Part shown: piece after piece, positions 26,484 to 35,012 of the stretch | How the letters are laid out: each line of letters begins with the position of its first letter | Numbering within the stretch: position 1 is the first letter of the stretch | The notes under the pieces: generated by a model | Seen by the model: only the letters and a program-made list of their open reading frames with translations | Told to the model about the DNA's origin: nothing | The model's database searches: none | Assembly: GCA_045589515.1 (NCBI GenBank) | Contig: JAZNPH010000050.1 | Coordinates: 72,880-136,879, forward strand | Source: Eubacteriales bacterium | GTDB taxonomy: Bacteria > Bacillota > Clostridia > Oscillospirales > CAG-382 | Direction: 5' to 3' | DNA: 64,000 nucleotides | Translations under genes and position numbers: made by a program

Positions 26484-28217
26484 ATGGCAAAGTTCAGCAT
26501 CGGCGTTATGACCGACTCCTTCAAGCTTCCCTTTGAGCAGGGCTTGGCAAAGGCCGCTGAGGTAGGTGCTCAGGGCATCCAGCTCTACGTGGTGGACGGC
26601 GAAATGAAGTACGACACCTTTGACGACGCAAAGGTTGCCCGCGTACGCGCTCTGTTGGAGCAGTACGGCCTGGTGATCTCCGCAGTTTGCGGCGATTTCG
26701 GCGGCCATGGCTTCGAGCGTGCAGACGAGAACGCATGGAAGATCCCCGCCTCCAAGGCAGTGGCAGATCTGGCCGTCCGTTTGGGCACCAAGGTGGTTAC
26801 CACCCACATCGGCGTAGTTCCCGAGGATCCCGCAGACCCCGCAAAGGCAGATACCGCCTGCGAGGCTTACCACAACATGGTTGCCGCTTGCCGTGAGATC
26901 GGTGAGTATGCCGCTTCCATCGGTGTGACCTTCGCCATCGAGACCGGTCCCGAGCCTGCAGAGCGTCTGAAGGCCTTCCTGGACGACGTGAACAGCAAGG
27001 GCTTCGGCGTCAACATGGATCCCGCTAACCTTGTTATGTGCACCGGTACCGACCCCGTTGCCGCAGTTTACACCCTGGGCAATTACATCGTTCACACCCA
27101 TGCCAAGGACGGCAAGGGCTTCATCATCGATCCCCGCAAGGTATACACCTTCTTCGCAGAAGGCGGTATCGAGGATCTCCGTCTTTCCGATTACTTCCTG
27201 GAGGTTCCTCTGGGCGAGGGCAACGTACCCTTCGACGCGTATCTGAAGGCTTTGGAGGATATCGGCTTTAACGGCTTCTTGACCGTGGAGCGCGAGTGCG
27301 GCGAGGATCCCTATGCGGACATTCTGAAGGCCGTGAACTTCTTAAAGAGCAAGATCGGCGACAAGAAAGTGAAGAAGATCGGCTTTATCGACTACTTCCT
27401 GGAAGAGTGGCACGCTCTCAACTATCCCCAGTTCATCCGCAATGCAGACCCGGATTGTGAGTTCGTAGTGGCTTACGCCTACGCAGAGCTGGATAAGAAG
27501 CCCGGCGGCAACATGACCACCGACGAGTTCTGCGAAAAGTTCGGCATCCAGAAGTGCGATTCCATCGAAGAAGTGGTGGAAAAGAGTGACTGCCTGGTAG
27601 TTATGAGTCCCGACAACCCCGAAAGACACTGGGATCTCTGCCAGCTTCCTCTCCGTAGCGGCAAGCCCGTTTACGTAGACAAGACCTTCGCCCTCACCAA
27701 GCAGATCGCCATCGACCTGGTGAAGCTGGGTGAAGAGAACAACACCCCCTTCTTCTCCTCCTCTGCTCTCCGCTTTGCAGACGAATTGAAGACCCTTTCC
27801 AAGGAAGGCATCGTATACATCAACTCCCGCGGCCCCGGTAACTTCGACACCTACGCCATCCACCAGCTGGAGCCCATGCTCATGCTGATGGGCAGCAACG
27901 TCAGCCGCGTCATGTCCATCGGCAGCGGCAAGTACGAATCCATGGTGCTGGAGTTTGCCGACGGCAGAAGTGCCGTGATGTCTCACTACGGCTGGAACGG
28001 CGGTATCGACTTTGAGTTCGTGGCAAGCTATGCCGACGGCACCAACGTGAAGATCCCCGCTATGTCCAATACCTTCCCCAACTTCATTGCCTCCATGCTG
28101 GACTTCTTCCGCACCGGCAAGATCTACGCCGCTCACGACGAGACCGTAGCCATCATGGCGGTCATCGAGGCGGGCAACCGCGCCCTCAAGACTCCCGGCG
28201 TCTGGGTTGAGGTTTAA
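26484..28217 (+). CDS. fusion protein: xylose-isomerase-like TIM barrel (aa 1 to about 290) plus a Gfo/Idh/MocA-like domain lacking the GxGxxG loop (aa about 295-577)
   Basis: The N-terminal half has TIM-barrel sugar isomerase/epimerase features (..THIG.., FAIETG, NMDPANL, HAKD, LTVERE). The C-terminal half starts KKIGFIDYFLEEWHALNYP, then ..VVMSPDNPERH..SGKPVYVDKTFA. Confidence 0.7.
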   Translation: MAKFSIGVMTDSFKLPFEQGLAKAAEVGAQGIQLYVVDGEMKYDTFDDAKVARVRALLEQYGLVISAVCGDFGGHGFERADENAWKIPASKAVADLAVRLGTKVVTTHIGVVPEDPADPAKADTACEAYHNMVAACREIGEYAASIGVTFAIETGPEPAERLKAFLDDVNSKGFGVNMDPANLVMCTGTDPVAAVYTLGNYIVHTHAKDGKGFIIDPRKVYTFFAEGGIEDLRLSDYFLEVPLGEGNVPFDAYLKALEDIGFNGFLTVERECGEDPYADILKAVNFLKSKIGDKKVKKIGFIDYFLEEWHALNYPQFIRNADPDCEFVVAYAYAELDKKPGGNMTTDEFCEKFGIQKCDSIEEVVEKSDCLVVMSPDNPERHWDLCQLPLRSGKPVYVDKTFALTKQIAIDLVKLGEENNTPFFSSSALRFADELKTLSKEGIVYINSRGPGNFDTYAIHQLEPMLMLMGSNVSRVMSIGSGKYESMVLEFADGRSAVMSHYGWNGGIDFEFVASYADGTNVKIPAMSNTFPNFIASMLDFFRTGKIYAAHDETVAIMAVIEAGNRALKTPGVWVEV

Positions 28218-28226
28218 GTTCTGACC

Positions 28227-29276
28227 GTGGCCGGTATGCAAAAGGGTATCCTGCTGTACACAAGCTATTGGGGCTACAGCGGAACCAAATATTACGTACC
28301 CACCGATGAGGAGCTGCAAAAGCTCCTCTCTTCCTCCGACGAGATCCTGCTGATCCCCATCGCCGCCTTCAACCGCTACAAGGATGAAGAGGGCAACGAA
28401 AAGCAGGTCTTGGACGAGAATACCCTGTCTTCCATGACTCCCGATATGGTGGGGGATCCCGCCATGCTGGAGACCATCAAGGCCGAGTATGCGCCCCGTG
28501 TGGAGACTTATCTCCGTGCCAACTTCCATATGGACGACTACGTGGAGGACGCCGTGGCCTACGCCAGACGGCTGGTGAAGCTGAACCCCGCTGTAAAGCT
28601 GTGGTTCTCCGTTCCCCACGAGGGCTGTCTCCACGCCCTGACCCATCTGTTTGCAGATGCCTGGGTGTACGCCGTTCACCGTGTGAAGGAAGTTTTAGAG
28701 CCGGAGATCTGGGAAAACAACGTGCAGGGCATCTACTTCTCCTTGGAGGACATCGTCACCGCCTACTACACCAAGTTTGATCCTTCCTGTCCCCAGGAGG
28801 ATTTCCACAGCCCCATGGTGTATTCCATGCGCAGGGTTTCCGATGTGGCCCACAGCTACGGCAAGGAATGCCTGTGGATCCCTTACTATCACGGTGCCGC
28901 CTGCTCCCATACCAATCTGGGGCACGTGGTCAACCGCACGGACATCTTCGACACCGTCATCATCCAGCCCTCCTATTTCTTCCGTGCAGAGCGGACGCCG
29001 GAGCTGGGCATCGTGGCGGAATGCGTGAGACAGCAGCAGGTCATCGATACCGACGGCAGTGTCATCGGCGGGGAAAAGACCTCCAAAACCGTCATCGGCT
29101 TCGAGATGGAGATCGACCACCAGTTCTTCGACAAGGAAGATTACAAGGAGCGTTACTTCGCTTACGAGAAGGCCTTCGGCGAGTTCGTAGGGAAGTATCC
29201 CACCGCCTACTACGCAGGCTGTCCCGACACCGCCGTGAAGGTGGCAGACCTGATGAAGAAGTTTTTACAGCAATAA
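28227..29276 (+). CDS. hypothetical protein, possibly glycosidase-like (resembles DUF4855-type proteins; low certainty)
   Basis: 349 aa with coding-like composition. The start is uncertain (GTG 28227 or ATG 28236). It is in the same frame as the upstream gene, separated only by TAA. Confidence 0.55.
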   Translation: MAGMQKGILLYTSYWGYSGTKYYVPTDEELQKLLSSSDEILLIPIAAFNRYKDEEGNEKQVLDENTLSSMTPDMVGDPAMLETIKAEYAPRVETYLRANFHMDDYVEDAVAYARRLVKLNPAVKLWFSVPHEGCLHALTHLFADAWVYAVHRVKEVLEPEIWENNVQGIYFSLEDIVTAYYTKFDPSCPQEDFHSPMVYSMRRVSDVAHSYGKECLWIPYYHGAACSHTNLGHVVNRTDIFDTVIIQPSYFFRAERTPELGIVAECVRQQQVIDTDGSVIGGEKTSKTVIGFEMEIDHQFFDKEDYKERYFAYEKAFGEFVGKYPTAYYAGCPDTAVKVADLMKKFLQQ

Positions 29277-29286
29277 ATGCAAAGAA

Positions 29287-29313
29287 AGAAGCGTCGTTTC
29301 GGCGCTTCTTTTT
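29287..29313. terminator. bidirectional terminator between convergent genes
   Basis: AGAAGCGTCG-TTT-CGGCGCTTCT flanked by A-rich and T-rich runs. Confidence 0.6.
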
Positions 29314-29320
29314 GCTTCAC

Positions 29321-30790
29321 TTATTTCTTTTTCTTTCTGATCATCCACACCGCAAGGCCTGCCAGAAGGACGACTCCTGCCCCGACGGGGAGCAGAATTT
29401 TCCAAAGTGTACTTTCTTCTGTGGGGAGAGGGGTGGGCGTTGTGCTTTCGGGGAGGCTTTCTGCCTTGCTTTCCCCTTCGCTTTCGGCCTCCGAGGTCTC
29501 GGTCTCAAGGTAGGTTTCCTTGTAATAGGCGCTTTCCGTGTAGGTCTTCAACATTCCCAGCATAGCCCCTGCTTCGGAATTGTAGAAGGGGTAGGGATAG
29601 CCCTTGGTGCCGAAGGTGGTGCGGATCATACGGATATACGTCTCCAGCCGTTCGTAGTCACCCATGGTGGCCGCAACCCCTGCGATGGATGCCCAGGGGA
29701 AGGTGTCTCCCGTTTTCAAGACCTGCCACCCCTTTGCCTTGGTGCCGAAATGGCGGTTGAATTTCTCGTAAAGCGCCTCTGCCCGTTCCCCGGCGGGGTC
29801 GATCACCCCTGCAGAGATGGGAAACAGCTGGGCGGCGGCGTCGGGATAAAAAATATTCCAATCGGGCTTTGCAGGCTTGTTGCCGTCGGCGAAAACGTAG
29901 GGATAGTAAGCTCCGTTCTCTTCGGACCAGAGATGCTTTTCAATGGCGGCCTTCACCGTCTCCGCAAGACCTGCCAGCTCCTCTGCCAAAGCCTTGTCGC
30001 CGTAAAGCTCCTTCATCAGCTTGGAAGCCGCCACAAGCCCGTCGTATACCTCGCAGTTGTCCATCAGGTAGCAGACCATGTAGTTGGGCTTGGCACCCGT
30101 CAGACCCAGGGCGGGAACGTAGGTGGATCTCAAGGCGTTCAGTACCCGCAGAACCTCCTCCTTCTTATCCGCCAGGAAGTCTCCGCCGTAGTTTTTGTGG
30201 TATTCGTACAGCACCCGCAGGAAGCAGGCGGCGTAGGAATCGGTGGAATCGTAATCGTAGGGATTGTCTGCAGGGTTTGCCGGGTATTGATGGGCGTGGA
30301 ACTGACGGACGGTCACCTCCACGATATGATCCTTGTCCTTAGGATCCACAAAGCAATAGTAGTCGTAGACCGTGCCGTCCACGCCGTTGATATCGGCGGC
30401 TTGGTCGTTTAAGTGGGCAAAATACCAGCCGATGAACCGCTCTGCAGGCTCCTTTGCTTGCTCCGGAGAGGCCTTCAGCATCCCCAGAATGGAAAGCTGG
30501 GAAAAATAGGGAACGATCTTGGCAAAAGGCCATTTGGTATACACCTCCGGGGCAACGCCGTCCACCGTCTCCAGATGAGAGGTGTCCGTCACCATCGCGG
30601 AAGTAGGTTTGCTCATGGGAAAAGCCCCGTTTGCCAGCACCAGACCGTCAATGTATTCCGTCAGATCGGAAATCTGTTCTTCTGCCACTTCGTTCACTCC
30701 TTTTTGCGCGCTAACTCCCGTGAGGGGAACCACCGTCAAAAGCAAGACCGCCAATACTCCCACCGTCAGTCGCTTGAACAATCCTTTCAT
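29321..30790 (-). CDS. secreted, membrane-anchored protein, probably an (alpha/alpha)6-type glycoside-hydrolase-like fold
   Basis: Signal peptide MKGLFKRLTVGVLAVLLLTVVPLTGVSA. Aromatic-rich repeats (DSTDSYAACFL, YPYPFYN). A Ser/Glu/Thr/Pro linker, a C-terminal TM, then RKKKK. Confidence 0.6.
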   Translation of the reverse strand: MKGLFKRLTVGVLAVLLLTVVPLTGVSAQKGVNEVAEEQISDLTEYIDGLVLANGAFPMSKPTSAMVTDTSHLETVDGVAPEVYTKWPFAKIVPYFSQLSILGMLKASPEQAKEPAERFIGWYFAHLNDQAADINGVDGTVYDYYCFVDPKDKDHIVEVTVRQFHAHQYPANPADNPYDYDSTDSYAACFLRVLYEYHKNYGGDFLADKKEEVLRVLNALRSTYVPALGLTGAKPNYMVCYLMDNCEVYDGLVAASKLMKELYGDKALAEELAGLAETVKAAIEKHLWSEENGAYYPYVFADGNKPAKPDWNIFYPDAAAQLFPISAGVIDPAGERAEALYEKFNRHFGTKAKGWQVLKTGDTFPWASIAGVAATMGDYERLETYIRMIRTTFGTKGYPYPFYNSEAGAMLGMLKTYTESAYYKETYLETETSEAESEGESKAESLPESTTPTPLPTEESTLWKILLPVGAGVVLLAGLAVWMIRKKKK

Positions 30791-30882
30791 ACGCAGACCT
30801 CCATGTCGTATCTATTTGCATCAATTATAGCATAGTTGGTTTTTTCTGTCAAGAAAAATGCTCTGTGACTTAAAGTCTTTCC

Positions 30883-30911
30883 TTGACAACCCACGCCGTT
30901 TATGCTAAACT
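30883..30911 (+). promoter_or_regulatory. sigma-A promoter for the ADP-ribosylglycohydrolase gene
   Basis: TTGACA, 17 nt spacer, TAAACT. Confidence 0.45.
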
Positions 30912-30946
30912 GAAAAAAATGCTTTGAAAAGAAAGAGGATATCACA

Positions 30947-32278
30947 ATGGCAGGAAGCGGAAAGATTCAATATTTGCTTCACGATGAGCTTGCACAGCTT
31001 TCGGAAGAGGGCAGAGAGATCGACCGTGAGTTTTGGAAAAAAGAGATCGAAAATTGCGGCAGTGACAGGGACCGGCTGATGGCGGTCTACGAAAAACTGC
31101 AAGCTCTCCCCATGCGAGCGGACTACCCCTATGAAGAGCCCAGCGCCCTTGCGGACATCAAAAAGGCAAGCAAGGTGGATACCCTCCCCGTGGATCAATT
31201 TGCCCCTGTGGACCTCACCTACTTTCACGGCGCATGGCTGGGAAGATGCATCGGCTGTGCCTGGGGTCAGCCCTGCGAGGGCTGGGCGATGCCCAACATC
31301 CGCAAGTGGTACAAGGAAGCAGGGAAGTACCCCGTTTCCTATTTCTTCCCTGCGCAGTCCGGGGAGAACCGCAAGGAGCATTTCAGCACCGACGAGAATA
31401 TCAACGGCATGGGTTTGGACGACGATACCCGCTTCACCGTGCTGAACTATCTGCTTTTGAAGGACAAGGGCTTTGCCATGGATGCCTACGACGTGGGCAA
31501 CATGTGGTCCCACAAGCTGCCCTTCCGCTTTGTGTTCACCGCAGAAAGCCAGGCATACCTGAACTTTATCAACTGCGAGGAGATCACTCCCTGGGGCAAG
31601 CCGGAGAATCCCGAGGAAGTGATGAAGGTTGCAAAGACCGCCACCTACTTGAACCCCTACCGTGAGTGGATCGGGGCACAGATCCGTGCCGACGCTTTCG
31701 CCTACGTTTGTGCAGGCATGCCCGTGAAGGCCTCCGAGCTGGCTTTCGTGGACGCTTCCTTCTCCCACGTGAAGAACGGTATCTACGGCGAGATGTTCTT
31801 TGCCGCCATGATCGCCGCCGCCTTTACGGAAAAGGACGTGGAGAAGTGCTTTGACATCGCCATGGCAACCATCCCCGCCAACTGCCGTTTCGCCGAGGAA
31901 ATGAAGTGGGCAAAGAAGCTGGCGGAATCCGATCTGGGCAGGGAGGAGCTGATGGACACCCTGTTCGAAACAGGGAAGAAGTACAATTGGGTACACACCA
32001 TCAACAACGCCACCTTCTGCATCGCCGCCATTATGCGTTACCGAAACGACTTCCGCGGTGCGGTAGCCTTCGCCGTGGAATGCGGCATGGATACCGACTG
32101 CAACGGTGCCACCGTGGGCTCCTTTATGGGTGCTCTGCTGGGCAGAGAGGGCATCCCCGCCGACCTTGCGGACGCCATGAAGGATAAGTTCACCGTGGGC
32201 GTTCCCCCCTACGATAACTACTCCATCAAGGCCTTCGCGGAAGAGGTCAAGGCATTGCACGAAAAACTGAGCGGATAA
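30947..32278 (+). CDS. ADP-ribosylglycohydrolase-family protein (with an approximately 90-aa N-terminal extension)
   Basis: GAWLGRCIGCAWGQP, DDDTRFT and GMDTDCNGATVGS metal-site motifs. Confidence 0.85.
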   Translation: MAGSGKIQYLLHDELAQLSEEGREIDREFWKKEIENCGSDRDRLMAVYEKLQALPMRADYPYEEPSALADIKKASKVDTLPVDQFAPVDLTYFHGAWLGRCIGCAWGQPCEGWAMPNIRKWYKEAGKYPVSYFFPAQSGENRKEHFSTDENINGMGLDDDTRFTVLNYLLLKDKGFAMDAYDVGNMWSHKLPFRFVFTAESQAYLNFINCEEITPWGKPENPEEVMKVAKTATYLNPYREWIGAQIRADAFAYVCAGMPVKASELAFVDASFSHVKNGIYGEMFFAAMIAAAFTEKDVEKCFDIAMATIPANCRFAEEMKWAKKLAESDLGREELMDTLFETGKKYNWVHTINNATFCIAAIMRYRNDFRGAVAFAVECGMDTDCNGATVGSFMGALLGREGIPADLADAMKDKFTVGVPPYDNYSIKAFAEEVKALHEKLSG

Positions 32279-32348
32279 GATTAAAAGGGGACGCTGTCCC
32301 CTTGACCCCTGCTAAAGCGTATATTCTTATCCCCGAAACGGAAACAAG

Positions 32349-32387
32349 CCTCCCCTTAGTAAGGGGAGGGGGACCACCGCAGGTGGT
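32349..32387. repeat. pair of adjacent GC-rich hairpins (REP/MITE-like structured intergenic element)
   Basis: CCTCCCCTT-AGT-AAGGGGAGG, then CCACC-GCAG-GGTGG. Confidence 0.4.
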
Positions 32388-32435
32388 GGAAGGGATTGAC
32401 CGCCCACCGATCCTGTGACTTTCGATATACAACAA

Positions 32436-32468
32436 GAGCGACGCTTTTCACAGCGTCGCTCGTTTTTT
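32436..32468 (+). terminator. intrinsic terminator
   Basis: GAGCGACGC-TTTTCACA-GCGTCGCTC followed by TTTTTT. Confidence 0.65.
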
Positions 32469-32763
32469 ATCGTTCAAACCGTCCGTAGAACAGCAAAAAA
32501 TACAGAATGCTCAAAAAGGCAAGTCCAATGCTGATGACGGATATGCTTATTCCAAGCGTGGGGAATCGTTCGGAGCATCCTGCACGGCGGTTCTTTTTGA
32601 TGCCTGCGGTACATAGTACCAACGAAGCAGCCGCAGAGACCAATGAGACTATCAAAACAGCAAAACGGACGTCGGAAAACAAATACCAAAGGCTCAAACC
32701 CAAAGATAAAATGCTCAGGATCACTCCAAAAGTAGCAGGAAGCTCACGTCTGGGATCCTTCAT
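32467..32763 (-). CDS. small 3-TM membrane protein, unknown function (last gene of the minus-strand gene train)
   Basis: 98 aa. Overlaps the lgt 3' end by 20 nt. AT-richer than its neighbours. Confidence 0.55.
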   Translation of the reverse strand: MKDPRRELPATFGVILSILSLGLSLWYLFSDVRFAVLIVSLVSAAASLVLCTAGIKKNRRAGCSERFPTLGISISVISIGLAFLSILYFLLFYGRFER

Positions 32764-33721
32764 GAGAATTCTCCTCTTCGGAAATCTCCTCGGATACTTC
32801 TTCGGCTTCTTCCTCGGTGGGAATCTCCGATTCCTCCACCGTCTCCACCTTCAGGGAGGCAAACTTGGGCGTGTAGGCTTCCTGTGCCGCCGTCTTCTTG
32901 GACTTGCGGTAAAGGATGGTCATCCCCACGATGCAAGCCACCACGGAGACTGCGCCGATGAACACGGAGATCTTGATGGTCTCGCCCAGCCAGCCCTTGA
33001 AGAGGTACAGGCTGTCGGTACGGAGCATCTCGATCCACATTCTGCCAAAGCCGTACCAGCCAAGGTAAGTAAAGAGGATCTGTCCGTCAAACTTCTTCTT
33101 TTTGTAGAAGATCAGATAGATCAGCAGGATCCCCACGAAATTCCACAGGGATTCATACAGGAAGGTGGGGTGTGCCACGGTCACTCTGCCCAAAGAATCG
33201 GTGATCTCCATGCGCCAGGGCAGGTTTTCCACTCCGGGGGAGTAGCCGTAGGCCTCTGCGTTCATAAAGTTGCCCCATCTGCCGATGGCTTGCCCGATCA
33301 TCACCGCGGGTGCCGCCGCATCCATCAGCTTCAAGGTGCTCAGCTTGGTGATGCGGGAATAGGTATACACGGTGATGATACCGAAGATGATGGCGCCGTA
33401 AATGGCAAGACCGCCCTCACGGATGTTGATCATCTTCAGAAAATCACCTTGATAGCGATCCCATTCTGTCACCACGTACATCACACGGGCACCGACAATG
33501 GAAACAGGCACGGTGATCAACGCCAAATTATACAGATGATCCTCGGGGAGACCTTCTTTATGCTTGGCGTAACGGTAGAACATAAACAGGGCAAGGCAGA
33601 TGCCAATGGTAATGAGAATGCCGTACCACTTGACCTCAATACCCGCAATGGAAAAAGCTACGGAATTGATCTCAAATTCAAGCCCCAAGCCGGGGAATGC
33701 TACGGTATGCATATCATTCAT
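32744..33721 (-). CDS. lgt: prolipoprotein diacylglyceryl transferase with an acidic C-terminal tail
   Basis: YGILITIG, GGLAIYG, GQAIGRWGNFMN(A)E and FLYESLWN motifs. Confidence 0.93.
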   Translation of the reverse strand: MNDMHTVAFPGLGLEFEINSVAFSIAGIEVKWYGILITIGICLALFMFYRYAKHKEGLPEDHLYNLALITVPVSIVGARVMYVVTEWDRYQGDFLKMINIREGGLAIYGAIIFGIITVYTYSRITKLSTLKLMDAAAPAVMIGQAIGRWGNFMNAEAYGYSPGVENLPWRMEITDSLGRVTVAHPTFLYESLWNFVGILLIYLIFYKKKKFDGQILFTYLGWYGFGRMWIEMLRTDSLYLFKGWLGETIKISVFIGAVSVVACIVGMTILYRKSKKTAAQEAYTPKFASLKVETVEESEIPTEEEAEEVSEEISEEENSHEGSQT

Positions 33722-35012
33722 CCTTTCCTTCTTTGGGATATACCACGCTCATGGCACAACGGTCGGTGCGAACGGTATCCTTCAGAACCTTCCACGCCTC
33801 TTCATACCCGATCCTGGAAAGGCAAGCGGAGTAGGACAGATAGTCCCCGCCGTTCTGCCAGAAGGTCATGAAGGTGTTGGCAATGTCGTCGGTGGAATCA
33901 AAATTGAACAGGTTGTTGGCGTAGACCACACGCTTGGCGGTCTCAAACTCCTCGCGGGTGAAGTAGATTTCTCTCCGCTTGTCGATCTCGGCGCATACGG
34001 CATCCTTCAAGGCGTAGGGCTCGTTACAGTAGGCGGATACCTCCGTAAAGGCCGCGGTACGCTCCTGGGCGTATGCCCCGCCGAACTTATCGCTGATGAG
34101 ACCGCTTTCGTACAGACGGTTGTAGAACTCCCCGGATTTCCCAAAGAGCAGCTGCATATTGATGGCGTTGGCCGCGGAAATGCGGATCCGTTCCTCGGGA
34201 TCCTCTGCGGGAACGTCCTTGAAGCCGATCTCTACGATGGGCTGGGAGATCTCAAAGAAGCCTTCCGCATAGGGGCAGTTGATCTCCCCCGGTTCTTCCG
34301 GGAAGACCCGTTCCACCTCCACCACAGGGGCGACCTCGGTGAGCATTTTATCACAGACGGCGTTCACCTGCTCGGGGGTCACGTCGCCGCAAACGATGAG
34401 CACCATGTTTCGCAGGTTATAGAAGGTGTCCGTACAGCGGTACAGCATTTCGGGGGTGATCCGGGCAATGGATTCCCGCGTGCCCACGATACTGCGGCGG
34501 ACGGGATGCTCCTTGTAAAGGCATTTCAGCAAGTTAAAGAACACACACCAGCCGGGGTTATCGTCGTACATGGCGATCTCCTCCCCGATGATGCCCTGCT
34601 CCTTCTGTACCGTCTCCTTGGTGAAGTAAGGATGGGAAACGAAGTCCAACAGGATCTCCAGATTTTCGTCAAAGCCCTCGGTGCAGGAAAACAGGTAGCA
34701 GGTGCGGTCAAAGGAGGTGAAAGCGTTGGCGGAAGCCCCCGTCAAAGCGTAACGGGTAAAGGCATCCACGCCGTTTTCATCCTCAAACATCTTATGCTCT
34801 AAGAAATGTGCCACGCCGTCGGGAAGCTCCAGATACTCCTCGTCATCTGTAGTCTTGAACTTGCAGTCGATGGAGCCGTAGCGGGTGCCGAACATGGCGT
34901 AGGTGGCGGAATGCTTCTTGGGGATCACGTAGATGGGCAGACCGCTTTCATGCACACGGTAGAAATACTGCTCTCCTACGGTGCTGTCGCAAACCTTTTG
35001 GAAGTTACTCAT
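33714..35012 (-). CDS. M16-family zinc peptidase (active subunit)
   Basis: HFLEH zinc motif (GVAHFLEHKMF), 432 aa. Confidence 0.85.
   Translation of the reverse strand: MSNFQKVCDSTVGEQYFYRVHESGLPIYVIPKKHSATYAMFGTRYGSIDCKFKTTDDEEYLELPDGVAHFLEHKMFEDENGVDAFTRYALTGASANAFTSFDRTCYLFSCTEGFDENLEILLDFVSHPYFTKETVQKEQGIIGEEIAMYDDNPGWCVFFNLLKCLYKEHPVRRSIVGTRESIARITPEMLYRCTDTFYNLRNMVLIVCGDVTPEQVNAVCDKMLTEVAPVVEVERVFPEEPGEINCPYAEGFFEISQPIVEIGFKDVPAEDPEERIRISAANAINMQLLFGKSGEFYNRLYESGLISDKFGGAYAQERTAAFTEVSAYCNEPYALKDAVCAEIDKRREIYFTREEFETAKRVVYANNLFNFDSTDDIANTFMTFWQNGGDYLSYSACLSRIGYEEAWKVLKDTVRTDRCAMSVVYPKEGKDE

Noticed and set aside
28215-28236. Possible TAA read-through joining the 577-aa fusion protein to the downstream 349-aa ORF. 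The two are in the same frame, only three sense codons separate the TAA from the GTG, and there is no good SD.
   Set aside because: Same-frame adjacency happens by chance one time in three. TAA is the most efficient stop. Termination-reinitiation at GTG 28227 or ATG 28236 explains the layout without recoding. It is mentioned under the cluster finding only.
28868-30412. A 514-aa plus-strand ORF spanning the end of the 28227 gene and the antisense of the 29321-30790 gene. The 536-aa ORF at 60034-61644 (-), antisense to ileS, is similar.
   Set aside because: The first crosses a bidirectional terminator and is antisense to a protein with a clear signal peptide and TM architecture. The second is antisense to ileS. 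The sequences are Arg/Gly/Pro-rich with no motifs.
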